Below, in pieces: positions 12,510 through 27,475 of a stretch of DNA of 64,000 bases. Numbering within the stretch: the first letter of the stretch is position 1; each line of letters begins with the position of its first letter. The DNA lies in contig CP089279.1 of NCBI GenBank assembly GCA_023920165.1, forward strand, positions 248,001-312,000, given 5' to 3'. The DNA comes from Curvularia clavata (taxonomy: Eukaryota). The position numbers and the translations under genes are program-made. The notes below the pieces were generated by a model. The model ran no database searches. It saw nothing but the letters and a program-made list of their open reading frames with translations, and was not told the DNA's origin.

Positions 12510-12536
12510 TTTTTTTTTTTTTTTTTTTTTTTTTTT
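12510..12536. repeat. poly(T) homopolymer of about 27 nt (poly(A) on the minus strand)
   Basis: Seen directly, about 20 nt downstream of the stop codon of the coiled-coil gene. Confidence 0.9.
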
Positions 12537-12558
12537 GAAAAGGAGATATTAGTATCTT

Positions 12559-15434
12559 TTACTTACTCCTAGCTGTTTCTTCCTCAGCACCTGCCCTAGA
12601 CCCTTCAGCGAGGGTTGGAAGATAGCATTCCCAGTCGAGCTTCAGTGGCGTGCCGGGCAGATTTTGATTGAGGCTCTCAGCAACTTGCTGAAGTTGCGCC
12701 AAGACACCAAGGACCGTGCCAAACAGACCGAAAAAGTCACGGTTAGGCTCAATGAGTGTGTCCCTCATTGTATCGAAATCACGGCGATGCTGATATGCTG
12801 CAGCTTGCATCTCAGCGACCTGTGCTGCAATTTGAGAGACCTGTTTCTGAGTCTCTGTTTCAGCTTGCTGAGCCTGCAACAGGCGCACTTGTGCGTCAGA
12901 AAGGGCCTGCTTGATCTTTTCTTGATTTTGCGTAGAGTATTGTTGAGCAATGGCTTGCAGTTGCGCACCGTGTTTACACAAATCGCGTAAAACTCCTGAG
13001 TGATTTCGAACCCATAAAATCTCGTTGCAGTAGTTTTTGAGCCGGGTGACGTCCTGTTGAAGTTGTGTTGTGTCTCTTGTCAAGGCTGCACTTGTTGGGT
13101 ACATTTGCACAAACCAATGGACCATCTTCTGATGCATCTCTTCAGTGCTGATGTTCTGGTATCGGTGCTCAAGGTCTTTCAATGCAAACGCAATGCTGTC
13201 CACTTGCTTTGCCACAGTCTGTACGTCAGCTTTTATTGTCTGAGCTTGGGCATTGGCTGCGTGTGTGTCGACGAATTCTTTTCTTAACTTTGCAAGGGCA
13301 ACATCATGCGCGTCCAATTTGCCATTGACTCTATTGAACCGTTCGTCTATTGTATTTTTGAATGGGTCGAATTGCTGGCGGAAAAGTTCGGGGACTTGGT
13401 TTTTGATGACAGCAATAGTGGCAGAGTGCTCGTAAATCTTCTGGCCAGCTTCGTTGAAATCATCAGACAGCGAATCCAGTTCAGTTTGTATATCATTCAT
13501 GCGAGCCAGGACAACTGCTGTCGTGGTTGCCAAGGCCGGATCACTGTTTTCGCCTCCTGCAGGTGCGTCTTCGGACGGAATACTCGACTGTTGCATTTGG
13601 ATATTGGTGATTTTGCTATCCAGATTGATCTGTAGAGCGTGAAGTTCCGATAAGATGCGTTGGTGAAATTCAGTATGACTGGCCTCTAGAGACACAGCAT
13701 GAGTTTTGAGCGCTTCCAGCCCTTGTAGGTTTTGCTCAAGAGCATCAAGTCGCTTGATAACATCTGCCAACTTCGACTCCGAATCCCTGAATTCTTGTTG
13801 AGTATGCTTGAGGCTTTTGAAATCTTTGGCAAGCTGCTCCACGCTTCTAGTGAGCGTATTCACACTGGCTGAAGAAATGGTTGGTGTGCTGGATCGATTG
13901 GATTCAGAGCCTTGTTTCGTTCTCTCAAGTTCATCTACACGCATAGTAGGGTTGCCAATATCGACCGACCCAACTGCTGATTGCCCCTTGGTTGATCTTA
14001 GCAAGGCGGCTTCCTCAGCTTCACCGAAGACCTTTTCTGTGGGCTTATTCTGGTCGCGCATGCTCTGCTCAAGCTCTCTCAGACGCCAGGTTATATCCTC
14101 ACTTGCTTTCTGAAGGGTTGGCAACTCCGTTTGTCGAACATGTACACGAAAGTCGATACAATTGTCCATTTCATCCTCAAGCTCCTTGATCCTCCTTGTG
14201 TGCTGATGGAGATGCAGTAAATCATCTTCAATTCTTTCCACTTTAGAGTTTGTGCTGTCCACGTCTAACTCGATGTTGGTGACACTCTTGCAGATGTCGG
14301 CCAGCCGTTGGGGAAATTCTTGGATTATTGCTTCTAAACTTTTCACATCCTTGGCTTTGCTGGAAGTATCCTGAAGTGACTGTTCTACACTGGAAATACG
14401 CTGGTCTAGCCGTGCTTCTACCTCCGTAACTTCTCTGCGTATCAATGCCGTGACCTCCTCAATATTTTTCGTGATCTTGTCTGTGGCTAGTGTAGTCAAA
14501 TCGTCAGTAGAGGTCTTGGGCTGATAGGTTTTCCAGGTGTCTAGCCTAGCAATTTCCTTCTTCTGGGATTCCTGCGAGCGCTTCGACATGGCCATTTCCT
14601 TTTCTAGAGCCGATGTCTTTGCCTCAGCTCCGATTGCCGTCTTCTGGAGCTCCGAAACCAGCGAGGAATTCTCAAGCGCAGTCAAGCGGGTCAGCAAAGG
14701 TTGTAGGTCTTTTGAAGAATCTTGTTGTTGTTGCTTTTGCTCGTCCACTGAACGGCTCAGATTATTCAAAGAAGTTTCCATTTCTTTTAACCGCCGTTCA
14801 AATTCATCTCTCTCCTTTCTGAGTTGCGAGATCTCCTTTTGTTGGGCTTTGAGTTTGACTTCCAGTTGATTGGATGCTAAGGCAGGTCCATTAGTCGAGC
14901 TGGCCTGTGCCGCTATAGCACGTCGCCTGTCTTGGAGCTTTCGCAGTGACTGCATGCCAAGGGGAAGCTTTTCATTGATAGTTTCGTCGTTGCCCTGCAC
15001 AACATTGGCATACTCCCTTGAATCCATGGGCAGCATGGAAGGGGCGGGTGGTGCACTGCGATGGGTGGGAGTAGATGCTCCGCTGCCTGAACGATGAGAC
15101 ATGGCCGAAGCAACTTGTCTGGACGCTTGGTCGCTTCGGCCAGGCACCTCTTGTGGCCGCTCTTTCCCATGGGCAGAGTCGACCGGCCTGTTGCGACCAG
15201 AGACTGGTTTAGGGCTGTCTGGAACGACATTTGACAGTCCAGCGCCGGAGGGTTTCCGCGATGGCGGTGGGCTTGGTGCAGCGGCGTGCTGTTCTCACGT
15301 TAGCCTCAAACAAAATAAATATGGGCAGGGTGCAGCGGACGAACTTTGGCTTGCAGCGGGCGACTCCGCTTGCCGGCAGGGCTGTTGCCGCGAGCCCGCG
15401 GATCGAGCGGCCGCTTAGCAGCACCCGAGCTCAT
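12559..15434 (-). CDS. large coiled-coil protein of unknown function
   Basis: 862-codon heptad-rich ORF. An upstream exon (ATG 15434, MSSGAAKRPLDPRARG...) is joined in frame by intron 15289-15344 (GTTCGT...GCTAAC...CAG). Confidence 0.8.
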
Positions 15435-15951
15435 GAAGGACTGGTGTGCAGGTAAATGGAGCGATTGGATTTATCGAGAAGTCAGGTAAAGGACGACGAG
15501 GCATACATATTTGTGCCCCACTCCTGCGTGACGCCAAGCACGACGGGAATGAAGGCAGTAGCAGGTAGCAAAAAGAAGGAAAGCGTGGGGAAAAAGCAAG
15601 CAAGCAAGCGCTTAGGAAAGTGTTTGTTCTGGACGTTAGAATCCAGGCGAGCTGATAGGCCGTGTCAATGAAGCAGCACGGCGGGCGGCATAGCGCATGT
15701 ACGTGGGAATTGTGTGTATAGACTGGAGTAGTTTGTATCCTGTTAGTCGGAGCCGGATGGGACGCTAGTAGAGGCCGTCACGTGCCACATCGGGGAAAGC
15801 GCGTGTCGACGCGCTGCATCTACGTCCGACTAGAGCGGTGATTGGCCCGTGCGCCCTTAGCCAGCAATCGTCGAGCTTCAGTCTGCGCGCCCGCCGCGAA
15901 ATGTTGCTGTAGCATACCCAAGCTCCCAATCACCCCACGACACACATCACC

Positions 15952-17526
<1,575 letters not shown>

Positions 17527-18544
17527 TTGGCAACCCCTTTTTTCTTTTCTTGGATATGTGGCGTACAACAGGTCTCGGATGGCTCTAGCGTTTGGACGTG
17601 TGGCTGAGCGAATCCATGTATAGGTAGAGCAAAAAGCATGGCATGTAATAACAGAGGGTGCCCTACAGCGACAGAAGAGTCGCCCTTTCAAGGCTGGCTT
17701 GATGCGCACGTGCATATTATAACGACAGGGCTGACGGAGACAGCCTTTTCAAGAACGGAGAAAAAAAGTGGTTCTCGATGTGCAAATTAGCGATGACGAG
17801 GCCCTGCTATTTCCGGCAAGGACGCATGCGACATCATGATGGATATGAACTAGCAAAACCCACTATGCGCCACACATTCGGCCGTTATCAACTGCGGCCG
17901 CGTAAGTATACGTCGATTGGTTAGACATGTCGTTGTACAGAGGAGAAGGCAGTGTTCAGAGCTGACAGACACATGCCGCCACTGGAGTCGCAGGAGTAAG
18001 CCGGACAGGCGTAGCACTGACAAACGTTCTGTGCCAATGCTGAGGCATGTAGTCTTCCAAGTGGATACTATCCTTCTGGCACGGCTCCACTATTATATCC
18101 GGAATCGACATCTCGGTCGCTTCCAACGGTGCCGATTTCCGGGGTAGGATGGCGGCAGGCGGCTATGTCTGAAGCTGAAGCAAGGCAGGCCAGGGCACAA
18201 GTGGACACGGCAGGCTCCCCAATGCCGCGTAGGTGCGTGTATGCGTCATCTCATCTTATACATAATCCTTTTGGCCCTGTCCTGGCCTGATGTGAGCCCC
18301 CGTTTTTCTTCCTTGTCTTCTTCTCTCCACTGTATATGTCGATCGTTGAAGCCACGAGCACGCGACCACCTTCCTCAATTGCATCCGACCTCTCTATACT
18401 TGACATACCCTCCTTTTGTGGCCTGCTTGTCGGCTCCCAGTAGTATAGTCTAACGGAGTGTTCGGTACATGCGATAGTCGCCTTGTTTTCATCCGAGATC
18501 GCCACCGAGGGATACCTTCCCAACAGACATTGGCATACTTCGCC

Positions 18545-19624
18545 ATGCGTTTACCCACATGCGCATCTGCTCTTGCAACAGCATCTCTCATTGTGTCTTC
18601 TCTCGCTGTGCCAACTCCAGAAGTCGAATCTTTGGTGAAAGAGTCACTGGCCCATCGAGTTCAAGCCCGCAACACCGACACAAAATACTTTCATGAGCCA
18701 GGGTAAGCAAACACTGTCACTGCAGCTCCGTCACACAGAAATTTTGAAGCCCTTGGAGCCGCAATTAACAATCCTTCAGAAGCGATTTGACACTTGGTCA
18801 CTATGACGAGCGCTACTTCAAGGGCGTGGTATCAGACGAAGACCGGACTGATACCCAAAAGCACATGATCCGCGCCTACTTGAACTTTTTCCGTGAGAAC
18901 GACATGGATACCTGGATTGCGCATGGAACCTTGCTGGGTTGGTGGTGGAACGGAAAGGTGCGCTTGGCCTCAGTCAGATGGGATGTATCCGCTTACACCT
19001 ACACAGCGTCTTCCATGGGACTTTGATCTCGACACACAGGTCGCCAATGCTACACTGCAGCACCTAGGCAAGGTATTCAACCAAACCAAGTACTCATATG
19101 TATCCTACGACGGCACCGTGCAGCGAGAATATCTCCTCGACGTCAACCCATGGATCTGGGAGCGCGAGCGCGGCGACGGCGCCAATATCATTGACGCCCG
19201 CTGGATCGATACTCGGAACGGGTTGTTCATCGACATCACTGGACTGGCGGAGACCCATCCCGACGAACGTCCAGGCGAGTGGGTTTGCAAAAATTACCAC
19301 AGGTACCAAACATCCGACTTGTATCCCATGCGGGAGACGGTTTTCGAGGGCGTCGTGGCAAAGGTGCCGTACAACTACGACAAGATTCTTGTGACAGAAT
19401 ACCAAGAAAAGGCGTTGACCGTGACAGAGTTTAATGGGTAGGTCAAGATATGTATTTGTCTTGGCGAGTGCGTGGTAGCTGACAGTGACTGTAGACACGA
19501 GTGGGATCCGGCCAGGCGAGAGTGGGTCAAGGCGAGAGCACTCCTGGAGAAGGAAGAAGAAGAACGCAAGAAGAAGGAGGAAGAGGAAGCAATGAAGGTG
19601 GCCGAGGTTGCGAAGCTGGATTGA
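18545..19624 (+). CDS. LicD/fukutin-family phosphotransferase (MNN4-like), secretory
   Basis: Signal-like N-terminus; motifs KYFHEPG, GHYDERYF, TWIAHGTLLGWWWNGK-RLPWDFDLD and IIDARWID...GLFIDITG. Three GT-AG introns. Confidence 0.88.
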
Positions 19625-20440
19625 TATACGAATCGGCCCTGAACAAGGGGAGGAGAAGCGCATATCACGTTTGATTACTGGATTGTAACTTGAGCATAGC
19701 CTGCGCATGGTTATTTACGGCAGCATACGTTTTGATACCCATTGGAGTAACGATCAAGCATTTGAATGTATATAAATGGTCACATGCATATTCTGGGGGA
19801 TACTTGCGTCTGTGTGTTTTCCGGAGATTCCACCGAACGCTGAGGCGTGAGTTGATGGGCGGTTCGGTGGTGAAGAAAGATGTCATCATTCTCAGGCACT
19901 CGGCGATGGCAGCTCTCAGTACTCTGAGCCTCGATGTCTTCTTCTGCACTATAGCTCGGACGATGAATAGGACGATGGCGTAGCTGTCGACGGAGCAATA
20001 TGTCCCAAGTAGGAGCCCTCACGGGTATGATTGACGATACTTTTTGGTGGCAGTATATAGTACTATGAAAAAAACAATATCGTGTCAAAGACAGTACCTC
20101 ATGTGGCTAGCAGTCTCAACTGAAAGTCCTTAGATGTTCGGCAACTCGACGCGCATGCGCTTCACGAAGTGTAATCGACTCTTGGTTGGCCGAGAAGTCT
20201 AAGCTGGAGCTAACCCATGTCGCGGGGCAACTGGTTCATTCTTGGCGATGACAAATGGCCGATGGCAACGCATCACTTTCGTGTAGGCAATTGTAGAACT
20301 TCACCGAAGCAGCCAGCGGCTTATAGCTCAGCCACACGCTGCGAAGCAATACATCTTGATCACTGCTAACCTGACCACTTACACTTGCAGACTGTACAAC
20401 AGACATCTAGAAACTTATCGCCATCGTCAATAACCCAACT

Positions 20441-21481
20441 ATGGCGGAAGCGGATACCTCGGTGCCCTCGACTGCTGGCGACGACATTCAAATCACCCTC
20501 ACACATCACGGGAAAGCGATCACGTTGTCATTCGAAAAGGACGCCACCATTTCTGATCTCTCACAACGCGTAGAGGCAAACCTCTCTATACCGCCCTCGA
20601 ATCAAAAGTTCCTTGTTGGTGGCAAGATCGGGTTGCAGAAGCCGCCCTTCAAAGATGCAGCTCTGCCACTTACCGAGCTCACCTCCAAGAAGATAACATT
20701 AATGGGAAGCACGAAGGAGGAAGTATCGTCCCTCAATAGCACTATATCTGCTGCCTCGGCACCACGCCGACCTGGCCCTGTCAAAGCCGCCACGCCAGCG
20801 CGGAATCGAGACTACAAAAGGATACAAGAAGAAGCACAGTACACCTTTCATACGCTGCGGCCGCTGCCCTACCTCCCGAACCCCGAACGCTCCCTGCGCT
20901 TCCTCGAGCGGCTGCGCGACGATGCAGGCATCAAAGCCGCAATGCGTACACACAAGTTTAGCGTTCCGTTGCTTACCGAGATGGATCCTGCCATGCACAC
21001 AACACAGGAGTCGCGCACACTGGGGTTGAATCGAAACAAAGGAGAAGTCATCGAGCTACGGCTGAGGACTGATGCATATGACGGCTACCGTGATTACAAG
21101 ACGATTCGCAACACGCTCTGCCACGAGCTCGCGCACAACGTCTGGGGCCCCCATGACCGCAACTTTTGGAACCTGTGCAAGCAGATTGAGCGCGAGGTGG
21201 CTCGCGACGACTGGAAGAGCGGCGGCAGAAGCGTAGGTAACGAAGAGTTCTATGAACCTACTGGCGAGGAGGAAGTACACGACCATGGAGGTTGGACAGG
21301 TGGAGAATTTACTCTGGGGAGTGCGAGTGGAGGTGGAGACACTGTGATTAGTAGTGCAAGTGGGGGAAGCATTAATGCGGGTGGGATGAGTAGAAGGGAA
21401 ATACTGGCACGAGCGGCGGAAGAGAGAATGAAGAGGACGAAGAAGGCAGAGGAGGAGACAGATGGAACTGGAAGTTCGTAA
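20441..21481 (+). CDS. ubiquitin-like domain + WLM (Wss1-like) zinc metalloprotease
   Basis: N-terminal UBL (ITLTHHGK...IPPSNQKFL...ITLMGS) and WLM motifs LGLNRNKGEVIELRLRT and CHELAHNVWGPHD. Confidence 0.9.
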   Translation: MAEADTSVPSTAGDDIQITLTHHGKAITLSFEKDATISDLSQRVEANLSIPPSNQKFLVGGKIGLQKPPFKDAALPLTELTSKKITLMGSTKEEVSSLNSTISAASAPRRPGPVKAATPARNRDYKRIQEEAQYTFHTLRPLPYLPNPERSLRFLERLRDDAGIKAAMRTHKFSVPLLTEMDPAMHTTQESRTLGLNRNKGEVIELRLRTDAYDGYRDYKTIRNTLCHELAHNVWGPHDRNFWNLCKQIEREVARDDWKSGGRSVGNEEFYEPTGEEEVHDHGGWTGGEFTLGSASGGGDTVISSASGGSINAGGMSRREILARAAEERMKRTKKAEEETDGTGSS

Positions 21482-21868
21482 TGGTTGATGTTTCATATGT
21501 GCGTATATACCCAGTAACTGCGCAGGCTAGATTATGACGAGTTGAAGATGTGTATATGGAGTTCCCGCTGCATCATGATACTTACGCCTACAGAATCTTA
21601 CGTCGCACTTGTGTTTGCACAAACTTAGATATAGATATGCATCGAATGAGCAACTTTCTTCTATAAGATTCTCCATGTTCTCACCGCTAGCCAATAACAC
21701 ACCATGAAGTCCGCCGGTGGATGCCAGCACGCAATGTTTACCGGAGCCGATCTTGAGCGCATAGGCTAACGCCATTCAAGACCATTCGCCCGCCCCACAA
21801 ACATCTCGACAGCGACGAATCTAACTTGATCTCGAGCCCTCCCCGGTCGACCCTCGTCTGGAATCGCA

Positions 21869-21897
21869 TAGTTCGCCTAGTTGGCCTAGTTCGCCTA
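21869..21897. repeat. 9-nt tandem repeat (TAGTTSGCC x3) upstream of the flavin oxidoreductase gene
   Basis: tagttcgcc tagttggcc tagttcgcc ta, read directly. Confidence 0.8.
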
Positions 21898-22180
21898 CAT
21901 CTGCCGAGGCAGTTCTGCCGAACATTAGATCACCGCGTGGTTCCATGACGTCGTCATGGGTCTCTCTCGGACGAGTCTGCTACTTTTTTCTATAGCCGAC
22001 TTAAGAGACGCTTAGAAATACAGTACTGGACAACACTGACGACTTGTTTATAGACTAGAAGTTTCCGCATACTCAGACATCCATATTTAATATCCTCTTC
22101 AACAGTTTATTGTCACACCAATCACATACGCAATTTTCATTTGTATTGATACCCCGTAGCCTCTTTCCAATACTTCCAAT

Positions 22181-23524
22181 ATGGCACCACGAAGATACGA
22201 AGCAGAGCACAAGGACCCTGCCCCATTGGGCAAGCCTCTCGACTTTGTCTTCTCCAAGAGGACTGCGCAAAACCGATTCCTCAAGGGCGCCATGACAGAG
22301 CGTCTGTCGTCCTGGGATCCCGAGAATCTCGAGGCTCGCGGTGTACCGTCCAAGGAGCTTGTTAACGTGTACCGACGATGGGGCGAGGGCCAATTCGGTA
22401 TCATCCTGACTGGAAACATCATGATTGAGTACGACCACTTGGAAGCCGCTGGCAACCCCATTATCCCCCGGGGCTCAAAGTACGAGGGCGAGCGATTCGA
22501 CATGTTCAAGGAGATGGCGACACAGTCTAAGAAGCATGGCTCTTTGATCGTCGGTCAGGTCTCTCATCCCGGTCGCCAGGTGACCGAGGACATCCAGAAG
22601 AACCCCATCTCAGCCTCCGATGTGCAGCTCCAGGGCAACATCATGGGCATGACCTTTGCCAAGCCACGCGCCGCCACAGAGGAAGATATCAAGAATGTAA
22701 TTGAAGGCTTCGCTCACGCAGCCGAGTACCTCGAGAAAGCTGGATACGATGGTATCCAACTGCACGGCGCCCACGGCTACCTCCTCGCACAGTTCCTCTC
22801 GCCCACCACCAACCAGCGTACTGACCAATACGGTGGCTCTCTCGAGAACCGGGCGCGCCTGATCACTGAAATCGGCCAAGAAATCCGCAAGCGGACATCT
22901 CCCAACTTCATCCTCGGCATTAAGCTCAACTCGGTCGAGTTCCAGGACAAGGGATTCGGCACTGAAGAAGCAGCCACGCTGTGCAAGATGCTCGAGTCCA
23001 ACTCCTTTGACTTTGTCGAGCTCTCGGGCGGAACCTACGAGCAGCTCGCCTTTGGACACAAGCGCGAATCGACCAAGAAGCGCGAAGCTTTCTTCCTCGA
23101 GTTCGCCGAGAAAATCACGCCCGAACTATCTCAGACCCGGACGTACGTCACTGGCGGCTTCAAGACTGCCGCCGCCATGGTCGACGCCCTGCAGACAGTC
23201 GATGGCGTGGGTCTCGCGCGCCCTGTGACTCTCGAGCCCGAACTCCCGCGCCAGATCCTTGCGGGCGAGGTCAATGCCGCCATCAACCAGTTGACAGACG
23301 ACAACGACTTTGGCATCACGAATGTTGCGTCTGGAACGCAGATTCGTCAGTTGGGTAAGGATCAGCGCCCAATTGATCTTAGTGACGAGAAGAACTTTGA
23401 GGCGTTTAAGAAGGATATGGCGGCTTGGGCTCAGGGCCTGGCACAGGATAAGAAGAAGTACGGGTTTGTGGATATTGAGAGTGTGCCTGGTGTGCCGTAT
23501 GGCAGCACGGTGGAGGAGCCATAG
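22181..23524 (+). CDS. NADH:flavin oxidoreductase (Old Yellow Enzyme family)
   Basis: Motifs NRFLKGAMTE, QVSHPGRQ, GYDGIQLHGAHGYLLAQFLSPTTNQRTDQYGGSLENR and FVELSGG. Single exon with strong codon bias. Confidence 0.95.
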   Translation: MAPRRYEAEHKDPAPLGKPLDFVFSKRTAQNRFLKGAMTERLSSWDPENLEARGVPSKELVNVYRRWGEGQFGIILTGNIMIEYDHLEAAGNPIIPRGSKYEGERFDMFKEMATQSKKHGSLIVGQVSHPGRQVTEDIQKNPISASDVQLQGNIMGMTFAKPRAATEEDIKNVIEGFAHAAEYLEKAGYDGIQLHGAHGYLLAQFLSPTTNQRTDQYGGSLENRARLITEIGQEIRKRTSPNFILGIKLNSVEFQDKGFGTEEAATLCKMLESNSFDFVELSGGTYEQLAFGHKRESTKKREAFFLEFAEKITPELSQTRTYVTGGFKTAAAMVDALQTVDGVGLARPVTLEPELPRQILAGEVNAAINQLTDDNDFGITNVASGTQIRQLGKDQRPIDLSDEKNFEAFKKDMAAWAQGLAQDKKKYGFVDIESVPGVPYGSTVEEP

Positions 23525-24587
23525 AGGGTTAATGTGTGTACAAGTACATAGATATGACATGAAATGAACGAGGCATATGACTTGATCAATGAATTCTGAA
23601 TTTGTTTGACTTAAGACTCTCTATTTTCTGCTCCTCTTTTTGATGCAGTACTGTCTTGGGGCAAAGTAAACACTGCACACGTATGACGTTTCAACACCTG
23701 TCCATTCTGCACATTAACTAGCAATTCTTGACGACACGTTCATCTCAACTGAAAAAAAAACATACTATTCCTTCTTTCCTTTCTCAAGTTCCACGATCAA
23801 GCTTACTTTCCTAATTCGAATCCCAAGCTAACAGTGCCATTGGCAACCCAGTCCCTTTATCCCGATCACGTAAAGACCATGCCTTCATCCTTTCCTTCCC
23901 TGTATACCGTAGGCACGTTGCATTAGCTCTGCCCAGAGGACCCCAAAGCATGAAAAACCCCCGAGACGAGCGGGAAGACGCACGCACTTTGTTTCGCCTC
24001 GGGCCCGTCCGGGGAATAGACCATGTGTTCGCGGACTAGAGTGAGTTTACCACTAGGCAACAATAGGTAACTTTTGTACAAGAAAGCAAAATATGGATAG
24101 AGAAAAAGGGCTGACCAAGTGTACACGCAACACAGTGGTGGCGTGGGTCTGGGAACGTAGTCAGAGGGACGGAGGTAATGGCTGAGACGTGCTTGCGTAT
24201 GTGCACTCGTGTATGCTAGGAGTAAGGGAGGGGAAATGAGTCGAAATGACACTAGGTTCATAACTAGAATGGAAGCAACTGGATGGTTGGATGGCATTTT
24301 TTATGTAACGTGGTACGAATAAGTCTAGGCAAAGGCAACAAAAAAAGGCAACAAGAATGCCTACCTACGCATAGCCTACTAGCGTCTGTGTGTACTCGAG
24401 TATCCCCGAAAAAGCAAAGCCATGTCACTTTTCCTACTTGATCCTTCGGGAAAAAAGATTCCGCCTCATCTTGGGTTACCTTATCTTCTCTTCCTCTATC
24501 CGTTTGCCGGGATTATGGGGATTTACTTGCCTGTTTCTGCTTCTTACCACGTGTGTGAGGTGAGCCATCGTCTCAATCGAGTAGTCC

Positions 24588-24650
24588 AAGAGTGAGCCAA
24601 ATAGCCTAGAAGAGTAAGCCAAATGGCCTAGAAGAGTGAGCCAGTAGCCC
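24588..24650. repeat. 22-nt minisatellite, about 3 copies
   Basis: aagagtgagccaaatagcctag / aagagtaagccaaatggcctag / aagagtgagccagtagccc. Confidence 0.85.
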
Positions 24651-27191
24651 AAAATAACACCAGATATGTACGGCTGCCTTGCCAAATGATCCCAAATAGG
24701 ACTGGATTGGGTAAGGAGGGAACAGCTGACAATGCATCCCAAAATACACCACAGCTGCAGCGACGACGCTTCGGTCGCGCCAATGAGGAGTGAGATGGCT
24801 GGAATAAGGCAGCGGAGTTGCTGCATTGGGCGAATGCGCCGTCATGTCAGCGGACCATGGTGGTGTCAGCCCTACAAGCGCTTGTCGCGCTTGTTTGGAG
24901 GTTAGTCACAGGTTAGAGGGGAAAGAGGGAGAGGTACTATTTTTGGGGGCTGTGTAAGGTGTGAGCCTGCAGACTAGTCGTGTGGTTGAGCCCACCGCCC
25001 ACCCACGTCATATTCTAGCCAAGCTGGTATCTTGCGAGATGGGCGCGTAGGAGGAGTTCGGTCATGTACAGCATGGTGTTCGAAAGCGGAAAAAAATAAG
25101 ACCATGGTAACCGAGGAGTCGGTAGCCAAGGGTTTCCGTAGGGATGGGTGTGTACCGATGACCATTATTACTGGGATCGTTGGGCTGTCCGTTACCTGCT
25201 GCTTCACATTGTGCGTACATTGCCCTTTTTGTCATTTTTACATATGGAGATGACGCAGCTACACCGTGCGATTTTGCTATTTGGCTGCGGATTGGCCTTG
25301 GGTTTGCTGAGTTCCCTGCATACCTACATTGCTTGTTCCCAATGCATTGGATACCGGTGGTGATCAAGGCCGAGTCATGGCCCTCAAGGATTCTCGTTGC
25401 CATGCTGTTGGTGAGACTTTCCCGGCTTCTCGGGCCAATGCCATGGCTCTTGCTGGGCCATCCGAACATGGCGCATTTCCCAATGCCGAGGGGCCGGGAA
25501 GTCGAAGGAACGTGTGTGAGTATGCAAGATGTATTGGATATGACTTAGATCAAGCTTTGAAACACACACACCGTTGCTTTGCTGCATTTGGCATGTGTTC
25601 AAGGCCCTGCGGGTATTCTTCCCTACCCGGCCGCTTTCCCAGCTCTGGTCGGGGGGTGAATCCTCTGCAGCACACTAGTGGATACACAGCCCATGCTTTC
25701 AGCAGATGAGGTACCAGGCAAGCATCTGTTCCTGCGTCCTAAAATACCATTGCGGAGACGTCTCCGGCTCGAGCTGATTCCTGACAACGGCAACTATGCC
25801 TGATCGAGGTATAACGTAACACACTATGGCATTAGTTTGTGGTTTTGCAGCACAGCTGTGCAATGTGCGCTGAAGTTCGGGTCGCCATGCGGCCGCCGGC
25901 AAGGGCTGTACAGGCCGCTGAAGGTTGCAAGTCGAATGCTACCGTCGCTATTGTTAAGGCACCAGCGCGAGGTCTGCGAGTAGGAGTAGAGGAGACTTGA
26001 CAGGGTCAGGCATAGGGGTGTGCGGGTAGGGCTCAAACACTCGGCCCTGCATCCTATCTCTTTGACTAGAGTAGGGCAATGAATGGGTCAACTGGGTGCC
26101 TGAGGTTTCCCCCGAAGCTCTTCTCTTGGGTCCGCAAGCGGCACCATGCAACGTTGCGCGATTGCGCAGACCAAATTCGCACTTGAAATTCGGCTTGCAC
26201 GATGACTTATCACGGCGTGGCTTGCTCGCAAGCGGCATGTTGCAAATAAAAAAAAACATGACCTGTCGTGGTAGGATTCCTGGCGTGGAGTAGGTAGGTA
26301 CACAGAAGCAAGATGAAACGAAGAAGAGCAACTAGCGATGATGCTGCGAAGACGTATGACTGTATCGAACCGTCCAATACCATGGAAGAGCGTGCCGATG
26401 GCTTAACGATACCGTTGAGGCGCCATGGCATGGGTCGCAAGGGGGATAGCGTGAGGTGGAGCGGAAGCGGGACGTTGGAAGAGGAATATGGTGGTAGCGG
26501 ACTCCGGCATGGGCTAGTCGAGGGCAGGGTTGGTAGGTAAGCAGACGGTTGGAGCATTCTCTGGCATCTTCTGCCCTGGCTGTGACGAATTACTGTGCAT
26601 CGAGTGTGACTGTGGTTGCTGCTTTGCAATCGCGTGTTTGCGTGTCATACTGTGTCCAATGGGCGGTCGGTCTGTTGTGTAATCCGCAGCCAGATTCATC
26701 AGCCACGCACTTGGACACACCCACATGCACATTCACACAGCCACCCCTGTCATTCACCACCCCTGCACGTCCGTGCACACTACCTTGGCTTGCATATTGC
26801 GGCTCTCACCCGTGCATCCTTTAGTCACTGCCACGCATCCCACCCACTGGCCCTGGGACTTATTCCTGTCCACGACGCAAATGCCATGGTGTGCTGCGCA
26901 TTCGCCGGCGACTAACGGCCTAGCATGACCAGATCGTGGCTTGAACCAGGGCCGGCCGCCACTGCTCCGCGGCTGTGGTTGGGTGCGTGAGCCTGTCTAG
27001 GAGAGCAAAACCATGGCCTGTGCGTATAAGGACGGTTCGAATGCCTAGCTGAAGTCTTGGGAGAGCAGTAACAGAAGCACGACGCAGTCACCAAAACACC
27101 CGAGCGCCCTTTTTCCTTTCCTTCCGTTTCCCGAGTCTGCTATTCCCGTTCTATTTTCTGCAATCTTGTGTATCTCTTGGATCTTGTTTCA

Positions 27192-27260
27192 TATAAGTCG
27201 ACTCTCTCCTTCGTCTTTTGTTTCAGTCATCCTTTCATCCACCCATCCATCCATTCTGTT
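27192..27260 (+). promoter_or_regulatory. TATA box followed by a CT-rich initiation region
   Basis: TATAA at 27192-27196 followed by a pyrimidine tract, typical of strongly expressed filamentous-fungal Pol II promoters. Confidence 0.55.
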
Positions 27261-27475
27261 ACGCCTTGCTTCAGTCATACATCGTCAAAGAGTGTGTCTT
27301 GTTTCACTCTAGAATACATCACTCGTCACTCGGACAAATACCTTCAGCCACATACACGTACTTTTTGTCACATCGATCAGCACTGTTACATCCAAACACC
27401 CACCACTCCAACAAAACTCTCGTCATCATTTACGTCCAGTATCAGACGTTTGGATCGACATCAACCGACTCAATC

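Noticed and set aside
12510..12536. Poly(A) tract after the coiled-coil gene as evidence of a retrocopy
   Set aside because: The gene retains an intron and no target-site duplication is visible, so a simple homopolymer is more likely.
24588..24650. Repeat array as CRISPR-like
   Set aside because: The copies are head-to-tail with no unique spacers, and the context is eukaryotic with no cas genes.
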